Shown here piece by piece: positions 31,198-42,064 of a DNA stretch of 61,048 nt. Each line of letters opens with the position of its first letter. The stretch's first letter is position 1. Below the pieces are notes generated by a model, which ran no database searches, had not been told where the DNA came from, and saw only the letters and a program-made list of their open reading frames with translations. A program made the translations under genes and the position numbers. This DNA is from Vicinamibacteria bacterium (GTDB taxonomy: Bacteria > Acidobacteriota > Vicinamibacteria > Fen-336): positions 1 through 61,048 of the forward strand of contig JAICEW010000003.1 of assembly GCA_025923995.1 (NCBI GenBank), written 5' to 3'.

Positions 31198-32010
31198 GTG
31201 ACTCGCGAGCGGTTCGGCCCGCCGCACTCCCTGGTCGGCGCGGTGCACGTGGCGGCCCTGCCGGGCACCCCACGCGCCTCGCTGGCGCTCGAGCGCATCG
31301 TGGAGATGGCGGTGGCCGACGCGCGCGCCTACGCGGACGCGGGCCTCGACGCCGTGATCGTCGAGAACATGCACGACCGGCCCTACCTGCCCCGCACCGC
31401 CGGGCCCGAGATCGTGGCCGCCATGACGATGGTGACGGCGGCCGTGAGAGGCGCCATCCGCGTCCCGTTGGGCGTCCAGATCCTCGCCGGCGCGGATCAC
31501 CAGGCGATCGCGGTGGCCCACGCGGCCGGCGCGTCCTTCGTGCGCGTGGAGTGCTTCGCCTTCGCGCACGTGGGCGACGAGGGGATCCACCAGAGCAACG
31601 CGGCGGAGCTGCTGCGCTACCGCAAGGCCATCGGGGCCGACGGCGTGCGCGTGATCGCGGACGTCAAGAAGAAGCACTCGGCGCACGCGCTCACCGCGGA
31701 CGTGGACGTCGCCACCGCCGCCCACGCGGCCGAGTTCTTCCTGGCCGACGGCGTGATCGTGACGGGCGTCGCCAGCGGGCTGCCGGCGACGCCCGAGGAC
31801 GTGGCGAGCGTCGCCCGCGCGGTCCACGTCCCGGTGCTGGTCGGTTCGGGCATCACGGCCGCGAACCTCGCGCAGTACGCGAGCGCCGACGGCTTCATCG
31901 TCGGGACGTCGCTCAAGCGGGACGGCGACTGGACGCAGCCGGTCGATCCCGCGCGGGCGCGCGCGCTCGTGACGGCGCGGGACGCGCTCCCCGCCTCGCG
32001 ACGCGGGTGA
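31198..32010 (+). CDS. btpA: BtpA/SgcQ-family TIM-barrel protein
   Basis: GAVHVAALPGTP, IVENMHDRPY, ADVKKKHS, ADGVIVTG, VLVGSG, IVGTSLK. Confidence 0.9.
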   Translation: MTRERFGPPHSLVGAVHVAALPGTPRASLALERIVEMAVADARAYADAGLDAVIVENMHDRPYLPRTAGPEIVAAMTMVTAAVRGAIRVPLGVQILAGADHQAIAVAHAAGASFVRVECFAFAHVGDEGIHQSNAAELLRYRKAIGADGVRVIADVKKKHSAHALTADVDVATAAHAAEFFLADGVIVTGVASGLPATPEDVASVARAVHVPVLVGSGITAANLAQYASADGFIVGTSLKRDGDWTQPVDPARARALVTARDALPASRRG

Positions 32011-32900
32011 CCCCGGACCTGGTCGTCCTCGGGAACCTGCTGGTGGACGACATCGTGTTCGCCGACGGGCGCACGCGCATGGGCGAGGCCGGCGGCGCCA
32101 CGCTCTACGGTGCTTTGACCGCCACGCTGTGGGGCGTGCCGGTCGGGATCGCGTCGCTGCGCGGGCCCGAGTATCCGCAGCGGGTGCTCGACGCACTGGC
32201 CGCGCGGGGGGCGGACCTCGCGGGCGTCACCGCGCTGCCCACGAACCTGCGCACGTGGCTGCTTTACGAGGGGCCGCGCCGGCGCCTGGTCCACCACCTC
32301 GACTCCCCCACGCACACGCAGGCCTCGCCGGTGCCGGACGGCGTCCCCGCCGCGTGGCGCGCGGCGCGCGTGTTCCACCTGGCGCCGATGCCGCTCGCGG
32401 TGCAGCACGACCTGGTGGCCAGCCTGACCGGTGGCCCCGGCCTGGTCTCGCTCGATCCCCACAACCCGATCGAGGCGACGTCGCTGGACGGCTGGCGGCC
32501 GGTGCTGGACCGGACCGACGTGCTCTGGCTCGGACGCGAGGAGCTGGAGCTGGGCGACGAGGACGACCCGCTCCCGACGCTGCGAGGGCTCGCCGGCGGG
32601 CGCCTGCGCTTCATCCTCTGGAAGCGCGGTCCGCGCGGCGGATGGCTCTACGACGTTCGCGCCGACCGGCTCGAGTCGTGGGCGCCGCGCACGGAGGCGG
32701 TCGTCGATCCGACCGGCGCCGGGGACGCGTTCGCGGTCGGGTTCCTGTGCGGGCTCCTGCACGGCGAGCCGACCACGCAGGCGCTGGGCCGAGCCGTGGT
32801 CTCGGCCAGCTTCGCGGTCGAGGACTGGGGCGCGGCTGCACTGCTGCGTGCGACGCCGGAAGAGGCGCACGAACGGCTTCGCGATTGGTTTCGCGCATGA
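32007..32900 (+). CDS. PfkB-family carbohydrate/nucleoside kinase
   Basis: [22 protein letters not shown]; GTGA overlap with btpA. Confidence 0.88.
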   Translation: MTPDLVVLGNLLVDDIVFADGRTRMGEAGGATLYGALTATLWGVPVGIASLRGPEYPQRVLDALAARGADLAGVTALPTNLRTWLLYEGPRRRLVHHLDSPTHTQASPVPDGVPAAWRAARVFHLAPMPLAVQHDLVASLTGGPGLVSLDPHNPIEATSLDGWRPVLDRTDVLWLGREELELGDEDDPLPTLRGLAGGRLRFILWKRGPRGGWLYDVRADRLESWAPRTEAVVDPTGAGDAFAVGFLCGLLHGEPTTQALGRAVVSASFAVEDWGAAALLRATPEEAHERLRDWFRA

Positions 32901-33811
32901 ATCCCCTGTTGCACGTCTCCGACGAGGTCGCGCGCACGCTCGCGGCCCGCGGCCCGGTGGTGGCGCTGGAGACGACCGTGGTCACGCACGGGCTCCCCCA
33001 TCCCGAGGGCCTGCGCGTCGCGGCGGAGCTCGAGGAGGAGGTGCGCGCGTCGGGCGCGACACCCGCGACGATCGGCGTCCTCGACGGTCGGCTCTGCGTC
33101 GGCCTGTCGCAGGAGGACCTGGCGCGGCTGGCGCAGACACCGGGCGTTCCGAAGCTCAACCTCTCGAACCTCGCGCTCCACGTCGCGGCCGGGGGATCCG
33201 GCTCGACCACGGTGGCGGCCACCCTCCACGCCGCGCATGCGGCCGGGATCGCGGTGATGGCGACCGGCGGCATCGGCGGCGTGCACCGCGAGGTGGAGCA
33301 GACGGGCGACGTGTCGGGCGACCTGGGCGCGCTCGCGCGCTATCCGGTCGCGGTCGTCTGCGCCGGCGCCAAGGCGGTGCTCGACCTCCCTCGCACGCTC
33401 GAGATGCTGGAGACGCTGGGCGTGCCCGTCGTCGGGTTCGCGACGGATCGCTTCCCTGCGTTCTACAGGCGCGACAGCAGCCTTTCCCTGGATGGCCGCT
33501 GCGACGACGTGGACGCGCTGGCCGCGGCGGTGCGCGCACACCGCGCGCTGGGCCTGGGCACCGGGATGGTGGTCGCGAACCCCGTGCCGGTCGCGCACGA
33601 GATGCCTCGCGAGATGTACGACGCGGCCCTCTCGGGGGCGCTGGAGGACGCCGCGCGTGCCGGCATCCGCGGCCGCGAGGTGACGCCGTTCCTTCTGGAT
33701 CGGCTGCGCGAGCGGACGAGCGGCGGCAGCACCTTCTCCAACACGGCCCTCCTGCGTGCGAACGCGCGCCTGGCCGGGGCCCTGGCCGCGTCGCTGGCGG
33801 GACAGGCCTGA
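32897..33811 (+). CDS. psuG: Pseudouridine-5'-phosphate glycosidase family
   Basis: [51 protein letters not shown]. Confidence 0.9.
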   Translation: MNPLLHVSDEVARTLAARGPVVALETTVVTHGLPHPEGLRVAAELEEEVRASGATPATIGVLDGRLCVGLSQEDLARLAQTPGVPKLNLSNLALHVAAGGSGSTTVAATLHAAHAAGIAVMATGGIGGVHREVEQTGDVSGDLGALARYPVAVVCAGAKAVLDLPRTLEMLETLGVPVVGFATDRFPAFYRRDSSLSLDGRCDDVDALAAAVRAHRALGLGTGMVVANPVPVAHEMPREMYDAALSGALEDAARAGIRGREVTPFLLDRLRERTSGGSTFSNTALLRANARLAGALAASLAGQA

Positions 33812-33828
33812 CGCGGTACACTCGAACC

Positions 33829-34488
<660 letters not shown>

Positions 34489-34492
34489 GCCG

Positions 34493-35542
34493 ACGCCGAC
34501 ATTCGTACTCTCGTTCCACGCGGCCTGGCGGTGCGCGTCGTCCGGCGCCTGCTGCACGTCGGGCTGGGACATCCCCGTGGAGCCGGACGTGGAGGTGCGC
34601 CTGCGTGACGCCCTTCGCGCGCGCCGGCTCGACGTCGCGGCCCCGACGTTCCTGGTCGAGGGCGGCCGCACGCTCCTGGCGAGCGACGCGAGCGGACGCT
34701 GCGCGTTCTTCGAGCCCGAGACGCGCACGTGCGCCGTCCATCGGCGCCTGGGCCACGACGCGCTGCCGGTGTCCTGCCGGCAGTTCCCGCGCGTGTGCCT
34801 GCTGACGCCGCGCGGCGCGTTCGTCACGCTCTCGAGCTACTGCCCGACCGCCGCGGCGCTGCTCTTCTCGGACACCGGGCCGCCGGGTGTCGTGACCAGC
34901 CCGCCCGGCTTCCCGGAGGGCGCGCACTACGAAGGACTCGACGCCCGATCCGGTCCGCCGCCGCTGCTCCGGCCGGGCGTGTGGCTGGGCTGGGACGGCC
35001 ACGAACGGTGGGAGCGCCACGTGCTCGACGTGCTCGCCCGCGACGGCCGACCGGAGGACGCGCTGGCGCGGCTGGCCGCCCAGGCGGAGAGCGCGCGGAG
35101 CTGGACCGTCGACCGCGGCCCCTTCCTCGACTTCCTGGAGGACGTCCTGGGCGGGCCGCTCCGCACTTCGGCGCCGCCTGGAGGTCGCGTGCTCCGCGAG
35201 GAGGTGCGCGAGGCCATCCCGCCCGCGATCCGTCCCCCGGCGACCGAAGCGGGCGACGTGACCCTGGACGGCTTCGAAGCGCCGGTCCGCCGCTACCTCG
35301 CGGCGCGAGCGTTCGGGAGCTGGGCCGCGGTCCAGGGCTCCGGGCTGCGCACCGCGGTGCGGGCGCTCCAGGCCGCGCTCGCGGTCCTGCGCGGTGAGGC
35401 CGCGCGCCTGGCGGCCGCGGCGGGAGGTCCCCTCGACGCCCCTCTGCTGAAGGAGGCCATCCGCCGGACAGACCTGCGACTCGTGCACCTCGCGTCCCCC
35501 GAGGCGCTGGCCATCGCGCTCAGCCGCTGCGAGGCGGCTTGA
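34493..35542 (+). CDS. YkgJ/FliB-like Cys-cluster (putative Fe-S/Zn) protein; probable ACG start
   Basis: [17 protein letters not shown] lies upstream of the track start (34577); CAFF, CAVH, CRQFPR, SYCP. Confidence 0.75.
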   Translation, partial: TPTFVLSFHAAWRCASSGACCTSGWDIPVEPDVEVRLRDALRARRLDVAAPTFLVEGGRTLLASDASGRCAFFEPETRTCAVHRRLGHDALPVSCRQFPRVCLLTPRGAFVTLSSYCPTAAALLFSDTGPPGVVTSPPGFPEGAHYEGLDARSGPPPLLRPGVWLGWDGHERWERHVLDVLARDGRPEDALARLAAQAESARSWTVDRGPFLDFLEDVLGGPLRTSAPPGGRVLREEVREAIPPAIRPPATEAGDVTLDGFEAPVRRYLAARAFGSWAAVQGSGLRTAVRALQAALAVLRGEAARLAAAAGGPLDAPLLKEAIRRTDLRLVHLASPEALAIALSRCEAA

Positions 35543-35566
35543 CAAAACGAACGATCGTGCTATTTT
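35539..35566 (+). promoter_or_regulatory. Sigma70 promoter of tetR with an operator in the spacer
   Basis: TTGACA-N16-TATTTT, 7 nt before GTG; operator CGAACGATCGTGCT at 35548-35561. Confidence 0.75.
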
Positions 35567-35573
35567 CTGGAGC

Positions 35574-36212
35574 GTGGGCAAAGGCGAGCTGACCCGGCAG
35601 GCCATCCTGGAGCACGCGCTGGGCCTGGCCACGCGCGTCGGCCTGGGCGGCGTGAGCATCGGCCAGCTGGCCAGCGACCTGGGCCTCTCCAAGAGCGGCC
35701 TGTTCGCGCACTTCCAGTCCAAGGAGGCCCTGCAGCTCCAGGTGCTGGAGCTGGCCTCGAGCCGCTTCGTCGACACCGTGCTGCGCCCCTCGCTGGCCGC
35801 GCCCCGGGGCGAGCCGCGGCTGCGCGAGATGATGGAGCGGTGGCGCGACTGGTCGCACCTGCACTCGCTCCCCGGCGGCTGCCTCTTCGTGGCCGCGGCC
35901 ATCGAGCTGGACGACCAGCCGGGGCCGACGCGCGACCGGCTGGTCTCCCTCCAGAAGGACTGGCTGGACGCGCTGGCCCACGCGGTGCGGGTGGCGATCG
36001 ACGAGGGGCACTTCCGCCCGGACGTGGACCCGATGCAGTTCGCGCACGACCTGAACGCGATCGCGCTCGGCTACCACTGGTCCTCCCGCCTCATGCGCGA
36101 CCCGCGCGCCGAGGAGCGCGCCATCAGCGCGTTCGAGGCGCTGTGCGCGGCCGCGCGCACGCCTTCCTCGCAGGCCCGCCGCACGAAGCACTCGCGCGCC
36201 CGCGCGTCCTGA
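35574..36212 (+). CDS. TetR/AcrR-family regulator
   Basis: TRQAILEHA...SIGQLASDLGLSKSGLFAHFQSKEAL; PGGCLF. Confidence 0.93.
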   Translation: MGKGELTRQAILEHALGLATRVGLGGVSIGQLASDLGLSKSGLFAHFQSKEALQLQVLELASSRFVDTVLRPSLAAPRGEPRLREMMERWRDWSHLHSLPGGCLFVAAAIELDDQPGPTRDRLVSLQKDWLDALAHAVRVAIDEGHFRPDVDPMQFAHDLNAIALGYHWSSRLMRDPRAEERAISAFEALCAAARTPSSQARRTKHSRARAS

Positions 36213-36259
36213 CCGCAGTGGCGATCCGCACCGAGGGGGTTCGATCTGTTCGATGAAAA

Positions 36260-36273
36260 AGCACGATCGTTCG
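36260..36273. promoter_or_regulatory. Second copy of the putative TetR operator
   Basis: AGCACGATCGTTCG is the exact reverse complement of 35548-35561. Confidence 0.7.
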
Positions 36274-36299
36274 ATCGTCAGGGGGCCAGGAGAAGGACC

Positions 36300-37256
36300 A
36301 TGAACGCAGAACGCGCGGTGCGCGCCGCATTCGAGATGCTGGACCGCGGGGCGCCGGGGCTGGCCGCCCGGCTGGCACAGAGGATGTTCTTCACGCCGCC
36401 GCGCACGCGGCGCTCTCCGCGCATCGAGGCCCTGCTCGCCACCGCGCGCCGCCGCGACGTCGACGCGGACGGCACGCGCATCGCGGCCTGGGCCTGGGGC
36501 GAGGGCCCGACCGTGTACCTGGTGCACGGCTGGGCGGGCCTGGGCGGACAGCTGGGAGCGTTCGTGCGGCCGCTCGTCGAGCAGGGCTTCCAGGTGGTGA
36601 CGTTCGACGGCCCTGCGCACGGCCGCTCGTCGGGCCGGCGCGCGTCCATCGTGCACTTCGCACGCGCTCTCTCCGCGGTCGGGAAGGTCTTCGGGCCCGG
36701 CCACGGCCTGATCGCCCACTCGCTGGGCGGGCCCGCCGCCGCCTTCGCGATGAGCCGAGGCTTCCCCGTCGAGCGCGCGGTGTTCGTCGCGCCGCCGGCC
36801 GACCCGGGCGACTGGTCCATGCAGTTCGCGCGCCGCCTGGGCCTGTCGCCGCGTGTCATGGCGGCGATGCGCGTACGCAGCGAGCGCTGGCTCGGCGTCT
36901 CCTGGGGCGACGTCTCGCTGACGGGCCTGGCGGTGGGACAATCCGCGCCCCTGCTGGTCATCCACGACCAGGACGATCGCGACGTTCCCCTGCGCCACGG
37001 CGCGGCCGTCGCCGCCAGCTGGCCGGGGGCACGGCTGGTCGAGACCACCGGCCTGGGGCACAACCGCATCCTTCGGGACGCCGGCGTGGTGGCGCAGGCG
37101 GTTTCGTTCATCGCGTGCGCGCCCACCCGGGTGGGCGCCGGGCAGGCGCCTGTCCACTGCCTGACGGGCCTGGCCTCGCTCGAGCGCTACCTCGACGACC
37201 GCGAGTCGCGCTGGGCCCTGCTGGCCGGGGAGTCGACGGCGCAGTACGCGATGTAA
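36300..37256 (+). CDS. Alpha/beta hydrolase
   Basis: LVHGW, DGPAHG, AHSLG nucleophile elbow, HDQDD, GLGHNRIL. Confidence 0.9.
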   Translation: MNAERAVRAAFEMLDRGAPGLAARLAQRMFFTPPRTRRSPRIEALLATARRRDVDADGTRIAAWAWGEGPTVYLVHGWAGLGGQLGAFVRPLVEQGFQVVTFDGPAHGRSSGRRASIVHFARALSAVGKVFGPGHGLIAHSLGGPAAAFAMSRGFPVERAVFVAPPADPGDWSMQFARRLGLSPRVMAAMRVRSERWLGVSWGDVSLTGLAVGQSAPLLVIHDQDDRDVPLRHGAAVAASWPGARLVETTGLGHNRILRDAGVVAQAVSFIACAPTRVGAGQAPVHCLTGLASLERYLDDRESRWALLAGESTAQYAM

Positions 37257-37316
37257 CGCCGCGCTTGAGGTCCGCTCCCTCCGGACGCAGAATCGTCCGG
37301 GGGGGAGGAGGAGCCC

Positions 37317-38447
37317 ATGTCGCGCCGCGCGTTCACCCGGGGAGCCCTCGCCACTGCGGTCGCCGCGGCCGTCCCGGCTCGCACGGGAGCGGCAGCCCCG
37401 GCGCCGGCCGCAGCGGACGCGCTCGACGAAGCGCTCGAGATGCTGTCGCGGAGCGGGTTCGAGTACCACGGAGGCCTTGCGAACCACGGCCCCATGGCGG
37501 CGGAAGCGCTGGTCGAGCTCGGGCGTCCCGCGGCGGTGCGTCACTGGGTCGAGGGCTACAGGCGCAACCTGCAGGAGCGCGGCTCGCCTCGCGAGCACCT
37601 CGCGCCCCGCGACTGGCGCGACGCGCTGGGCGACTTCCGCCGCGCCCCCGACTGGGGGCAGATGTTCGAGCGCGAACTGATGGAGGGTCCCTGGCCCGCC
37701 GTCCTCGATCGCTGGACCGAGCGCCTCGCGCCGGGCCTCGTCGGTGCGGCCACGCACGGGCTCATCCGCACCGGCCATGCCGCGCGCGCGCTCGCGGCAC
37801 GCGATACGGCCGAGCGGCGGCGTGAGCTGGCCCAGGGTCTGGCGTACTGGGCGGCCCGTTTCCAGGCGCTGCCGGAGGATCGCCGCCGGGCGGGCACCGA
37901 GCGGCCCGCGGCCGCCCTGGCCCGGGTCGAGCGGCTTCCCGTCGAGCAGCGGAGACGGCCCGGGCTCATCGCGGACAGCCTGCGGGCCCTCGACGGCTGG
38001 GCGCCGTTCCGGCCGGTGGCCGACCTCGCCGACACGTCGATCGATCCTTCCGAGTTCCTGGCCGACCTGACCGCCCGCTTCGCGCAGGTGTACTTGGAGG
38101 AGGCGAACGACTTCGGCCGCGTGATCGGCTTCATCCACTCCGTCACCGGCCCCAGCGCCGTGCGCCTGATCCTTCCCCACCTGGGCCCGTCCGCGTCACG
38201 CGCGTTGCTGCGCTACGCGTGGCAAGCCGCGGCAGGCCTCTACGCGGCGCTCTCGCGTGCGGGGCAGGCGGCTCCGGTGCCCGCGGTCGCGGACACCTGG
38301 GATGCGCTGGTGGACCGGGCGGTCGAGGCCGGGGACGAGCACGCGATCAAGTTCGCGGAGGCCTGCCGGCGCGAGGACGCCGTCCGGCCGGCCGCCATCT
38401 ACAGGCACGCGGCACGCGACGCGGCCGATCGGCTCCGGCGAGCGTGA
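37317..38447 (+). CDS. Questin oxidase-like (DUF4243) protein with Tat signal
   Basis: MSRRAFTRG twin-Arg; LANHGPMA, HGLIRTGHA, HSVTG, GDEHAIK. Confidence 0.78.
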   Translation: MSRRAFTRGALATAVAAAVPARTGAAAPAPAAADALDEALEMLSRSGFEYHGGLANHGPMAAEALVELGRPAAVRHWVEGYRRNLQERGSPREHLAPRDWRDALGDFRRAPDWGQMFERELMEGPWPAVLDRWTERLAPGLVGAATHGLIRTGHAARALAARDTAERRRELAQGLAYWAARFQALPEDRRRAGTERPAAALARVERLPVEQRRRPGLIADSLRALDGWAPFRPVADLADTSIDPSEFLADLTARFAQVYLEEANDFGRVIGFIHSVTGPSAVRLILPHLGPSASRALLRYAWQAAAGLYAALSRAGQAAPVPAVADTWDALVDRAVEAGDEHAIKFAEACRREDAVRPAAIYRHAARDAADRLRRA

Positions 38448-39448
38448 GCGGCCTCCGGCCGTACGACGCGCTCCTGCTCGTCTCGTTCGGAGGACCCGAG
38501 GGGATGGACGACGTGCGTCCGTTCCTGGCCAACGTCCTGCGCGGCCGGCCCGTCCCTCCCGAGCGCGTCGAGGAGGTCGTTCGCCACTACGAGCGCTTCG
38601 GCGGGGTGAGCCCCATCAACGGCCAGAACCGCGCGCTGCTCGCGGCGCTGCGCGCGCGCCTGGAGGACGCCGGGCCGCGCGGCCTGCCCGTCTACTGGGG
38701 CAACCGGAACTGGACGCCGTACCTGGCCGACACCGTGCGTGAGATGCAGCGCGACGGGGTGCGGCGGGCGCTGGCGTTCGTGACCTCCGCCTTCAGCTCG
38801 TACTCGGGCTGCCGGCAGTACCTGGAGGACCTCGAGCGCGCGCGCGCCGAAGCCGGGCCGGAGGCGCCCGTCATCGAGAAGCTGCGGCCCTTCTACAACC
38901 ACCCGCGCTTCATCGCGGCCAACGTGGACCACGTGCGGGCCGGGCTCGAGAGGGCGGGCTCGTCCGCTCGAATCGTCTTCACGGCGCACAGCATCCCGGT
39001 CGCGATGGCGTCCGGCTGCGACTACGAGGCGCAGCTGCGCGAGGCGGGCGCGCTGGTGGCGCACGCGGTCGGGCACGAGCGGTGGGATCTCGTCTACCAG
39101 AGCCGCAGCGGTCCGCCCAGCCAGCCCTGGCTCGAGCCCGACATCCTGGCCCACCTCGACGCGATGGCGCGCGAAGGCGTGCGCGACGTCGTCGTCTCCC
39201 CCATCGGCTTCGTCTCCGACCACCTCGAGGTCCTGTACGACCTCGACACCGAGGCGCAGGACCGCGCGCGGGCGCTCGGGCTGCGTCTGGTGCGCGTCCC
39301 GACCGTGTCGAACCACCCCGGCTACGTCGAGATGGTGCGCGAGCTGATCGTCGAGCGCATGGAGGGGCCGCTGCGGGCCACGGTCGGCCCCAGCCCCGCC
39401 TGGCCCGACGCCTGCGCGTCGGGCTGCTGCCCGCGCGTGCGGCCGTAG
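38444..39448 (+). CDS. hemH: Ferrochelatase with C-terminal CxxxCC [2Fe-2S] motif
   Basis: LLVSFGGPE, FTAHSIP, YQSRSGP, WLEP, GFVSDHLEVLYDLD, CASGCC. Confidence 0.93.
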   Translation: MSGLRPYDALLLVSFGGPEGMDDVRPFLANVLRGRPVPPERVEEVVRHYERFGGVSPINGQNRALLAALRARLEDAGPRGLPVYWGNRNWTPYLADTVREMQRDGVRRALAFVTSAFSSYSGCRQYLEDLERARAEAGPEAPVIEKLRPFYNHPRFIAANVDHVRAGLERAGSSARIVFTAHSIPVAMASGCDYEAQLREAGALVAHAVGHERWDLVYQSRSGPPSQPWLEPDILAHLDAMAREGVRDVVVSPIGFVSDHLEVLYDLDTEAQDRARALGLRLVRVPTVSNHPGYVEMVRELIVERMEGPLRATVGPSPAWPDACASGCCPRVRP

Positions 39449-39452
39449 GCCG

Positions 39453-40709
39453 TCAGCGTGCCCCTGCGGTCTCCAGCTTCTTCGCCACGTCCTCGTGCTT
39501 GCCGTCCCGGGCGAGCTGCAGCGCGGTCTTGCCCCTGCGGTCCTGCACGTTGAGGTCGGGCTTGCCCCAGAAGAGGATCGCGTCGACCGTGGACTGGTAG
39601 CCGTGGTCGGCCGCGCGCATGAGCGCCGTGCGCCCGGAGTCGTCCTGGAGGTTGGCGTTCGCGTTGCCGTGCATCAGCAGGTCCGTGACCACGCTCCCGT
39701 CGGTGCACTCGGCGCCGTAGATGAGGGCCGTGCGCCCGTCGTTCGATCGCTGGTTGACGCGCGCCCCCCCGGAGCGCAGCTTGCCGACCGCTCCCGACTT
39801 GCAGGCCTTCGCCGCCAGCATGAGCGGCGTCATCCGCTCGTAGCCGAACTCGCGGTTGGGATCGGCGTCCGAGTCCAGGAGCAGGTCGATGGCGTTCTCC
39901 TTGCCGGCCTCGGCCGCGAGGGCCAGCGCGGTCCGGCCGCCGCCGCCCGTCTCCTCGACGTTCACGCCTGCCTTGATCAGGGCCTTCATGAGCTCGGTCG
40001 CATCGGAGCTGGCAGCCAGCATCAGCGGCGTGCTGCCCGAGCCGTCGCGCGCGTCGATGTCGGCTCCCGCGTCGATGAGGGCCAGGGCCAGCCGAGCGTG
40101 CCCGTTGCCGGCCGCCAGCAGCAGGGGCGTCGCGCCCCGCTCGATGCGGGCCTCCAGGTTGGCCTTGGCCCCGATCAGCTCCAGCGCGACCGAGCTGCGT
40201 CCCTTCTGCGCGGCCTCCAGCAGGGCCGTCCAGCCGTCGTCGTCGACCGCGTCCACTTCGGCCCCGTTCTTGAGGAGGAGCGCGACCAGCGGCGCGTCGT
40301 CCTTCTTCGACGCCTCCATGAGCGCGGTATTGCCCTCCTTGTCCGCGACGTTCACGTCCGCCCTGGCCTCGACGAGCGCGCGGGCCACGTCCCCCTTGCC
40401 GCGCTTGCACGCCTCGACCAGCGCGGTGCGCGCGTCCTTGTCCGCCACGTCGGGCGCGGCCCCGGCCGCCAGCAGGGCCTTGACCGCCGGCAGCTTGCCC
40501 TCGCGGGTGGCCTCGATGAGCGGCGTGCGTCCGTCCTTGTTGCGCGCGTTCACGTTGGCGCCGGCGCCGACGAGCGCCTCGATCTTCGCGACGTCGCCCT
40601 TCTTCGCGGCCTTCAGCAGCTCCTCGTCCGCCTTCGCGGACTGCGCGCGCGAGGTGCCGGCGACACCGATCAGGCAGCCCAGGACCAGCCCGGCCGCACG
40701 CCCCCTCAT
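39453..40709 (-). CDS. Secreted ankyrin-repeat protein (~11 repeats)
   Basis: Repeated GxTPL/TAL..A...G units; signal peptide. Confidence 0.9.
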   Translation of the reverse strand: MRGRAAGLVLGCLIGVAGTSRAQSAKADEELLKAAKKGDVAKIEALVGAGANVNARNKDGRTPLIEATREGKLPAVKALLAAGAAPDVADKDARTALVEACKRGKGDVARALVEARADVNVADKEGNTALMEASKKDDAPLVALLLKNGAEVDAVDDDGWTALLEAAQKGRSSVALELIGAKANLEARIERGATPLLLAAGNGHARLALALIDAGADIDARDGSGSTPLMLAASSDATELMKALIKAGVNVEETGGGGRTALALAAEAGKENAIDLLLDSDADPNREFGYERMTPLMLAAKACKSGAVGKLRSGGARVNQRSNDGRTALIYGAECTDGSVVTDLLMHGNANANLQDDSGRTALMRAADHGYQSTVDAILFWGKPDLNVQDRRGKTALQLARDGKHEDVAKKLETAGAR

Positions 40710-40737
40710 GAGTCCTCCCCTTCCTCGATGACGGAAG

Positions 40738-42018
40738 TCACTTCGGCAGCGGCGTGCGCAGCACGACCGGACCCGCCAGCCGGGTCTCGTCGAGGGTGCC
40801 GTCACGCCGGAAATGTGCGTACTGGCTGTTGGCCACGAAGTACAGGTCCGGGCCGACCACCACCCCCAGGGTGGGCTCGTCGAACACGCGGTGCCCGCGC
40901 TCGAGCGTTCGCGCCTCCGCGACCGCCGCGCCGGCGGCGTCGAGCCGCAGGCCGACCACGCGGTGCGGGTTGATGCCGTTCTGGATGCCGACCAGCCAGC
41001 TCCCCGCCAGCACGAGCCCGTCGATGCCCGTGACCGCGACCGTGTCGGGCACCCCGACCCACGTGACGGACCCGTCCGCCACGCCGACGCGCGCGATGCC
41101 TCGCGCGTAGTCCGCGACGTAGAGCGTGCGGCCGTCGGGCGTGAGCGCCATGCCCTGCGCCGAACGCAGCAGGCCCTTCTCCACGAGCGTCCGGAAGGAC
41201 CCGCTTCCGGGGGCGAGCACGTGGACGCGCCCGTTCTCGGGATCCGCGGCGTACACGGTCCCGTCGCCCGCGACCGTGAGGTCCGCGACCATGCCGCCCT
41301 CGGGCGCCAGGACGGTCCGGCGCTGGCGGCGGGTGTCCACGTCGTACTCCGCGAGGAACGCGCGCCCCTCGGGCTCGCCCGGCTTGAAGCCCGCCATCTG
41401 GGCCGTGGCCCGGGAGGAGACCCACAGCGCGCGGCGCGGCGCGTCCACCGCGACCGCGAGCGCGGCCTGGAGGGAGTCCTGACCCTCGGCGACGAAGTCG
41501 GACGCCTGGCCGTCCGGCGTCACCCGGACGATCTTGCGGTGCCTCACGCTGGTCACGAAGAACGCCCCCGTCTTCGGGTCGTACGCGACGCCTTCCGGGA
41601 TCAGGTCCTTCTGATCGATCGAGAAGGCCGGCTTCGCCTGCCCCACGGGGGTCGAGAGCGCATCCATCCGGCGCTGGACCTCCGCAAAGTCCTCCCGCTC
41701 GCGCAGGGCCGCGAGGTCGTCGTCTCCCGCGAGGTCGAACGCCACCTCCTGGGCGGCCAGGCGCTCCAGGATGCGCATCGCGGCGGCGGGCTCGCCGATG
41801 AGCGCGTGCGCGCACGCGAGGTTGTAGCGGGCGCGCGTGCTCCAGGGCACGAGCTCGGCCAACGCCTGGCTGTGCTTCAGGAAGCCCGCGTGGTCCTTCG
41901 CGCGGTAGGCCGCGGTGGCCTGGTCGTTGAGGGCCCGGACGGGATCGTCCTGGGCCGAGGCCACGGCCGCCGCCAGGCACAGCACCGCACCGCTCGCCGC
42001 TCGCCGCCAGGATGTCAT
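40738..42018 (-). CDS. Secreted TPR + SMP-30/gluconolactonase-like beta-propeller protein
   Basis: Signal peptide, YNLACAHAL, LIPEGVAYD, LYVADY, GIDGL. Confidence 0.75.
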   Translation of the reverse strand: MTSWRRAASGAVLCLAAAVASAQDDPVRALNDQATAAYRAKDHAGFLKHSQALAELVPWSTRARYNLACAHALIGEPAAAMRILERLAAQEVAFDLAGDDDLAALREREDFAEVQRRMDALSTPVGQAKPAFSIDQKDLIPEGVAYDPKTGAFFVTSVRHRKIVRVTPDGQASDFVAEGQDSLQAALAVAVDAPRRALWVSSRATAQMAGFKPGEPEGRAFLAEYDVDTRRQRRTVLAPEGGMVADLTVAGDGTVYAADPENGRVHVLAPGSGSFRTLVEKGLLRSAQGMALTPDGRTLYVADYARGIARVGVADGSVTWVGVPDTVAVTGIDGLVLAGSWLVGIQNGINPHRVVGLRLDAAGAAVAEARTLERGHRVFDEPTLGVVVGPDLYFVANSQYAHFRRDGTLDETRLAGPVVLRTPLPK

Positions 42019-42064
42019 TCGTGACCTCTCCCGATACCCCGCGCGGGATTGTACGGCCGGCGTG

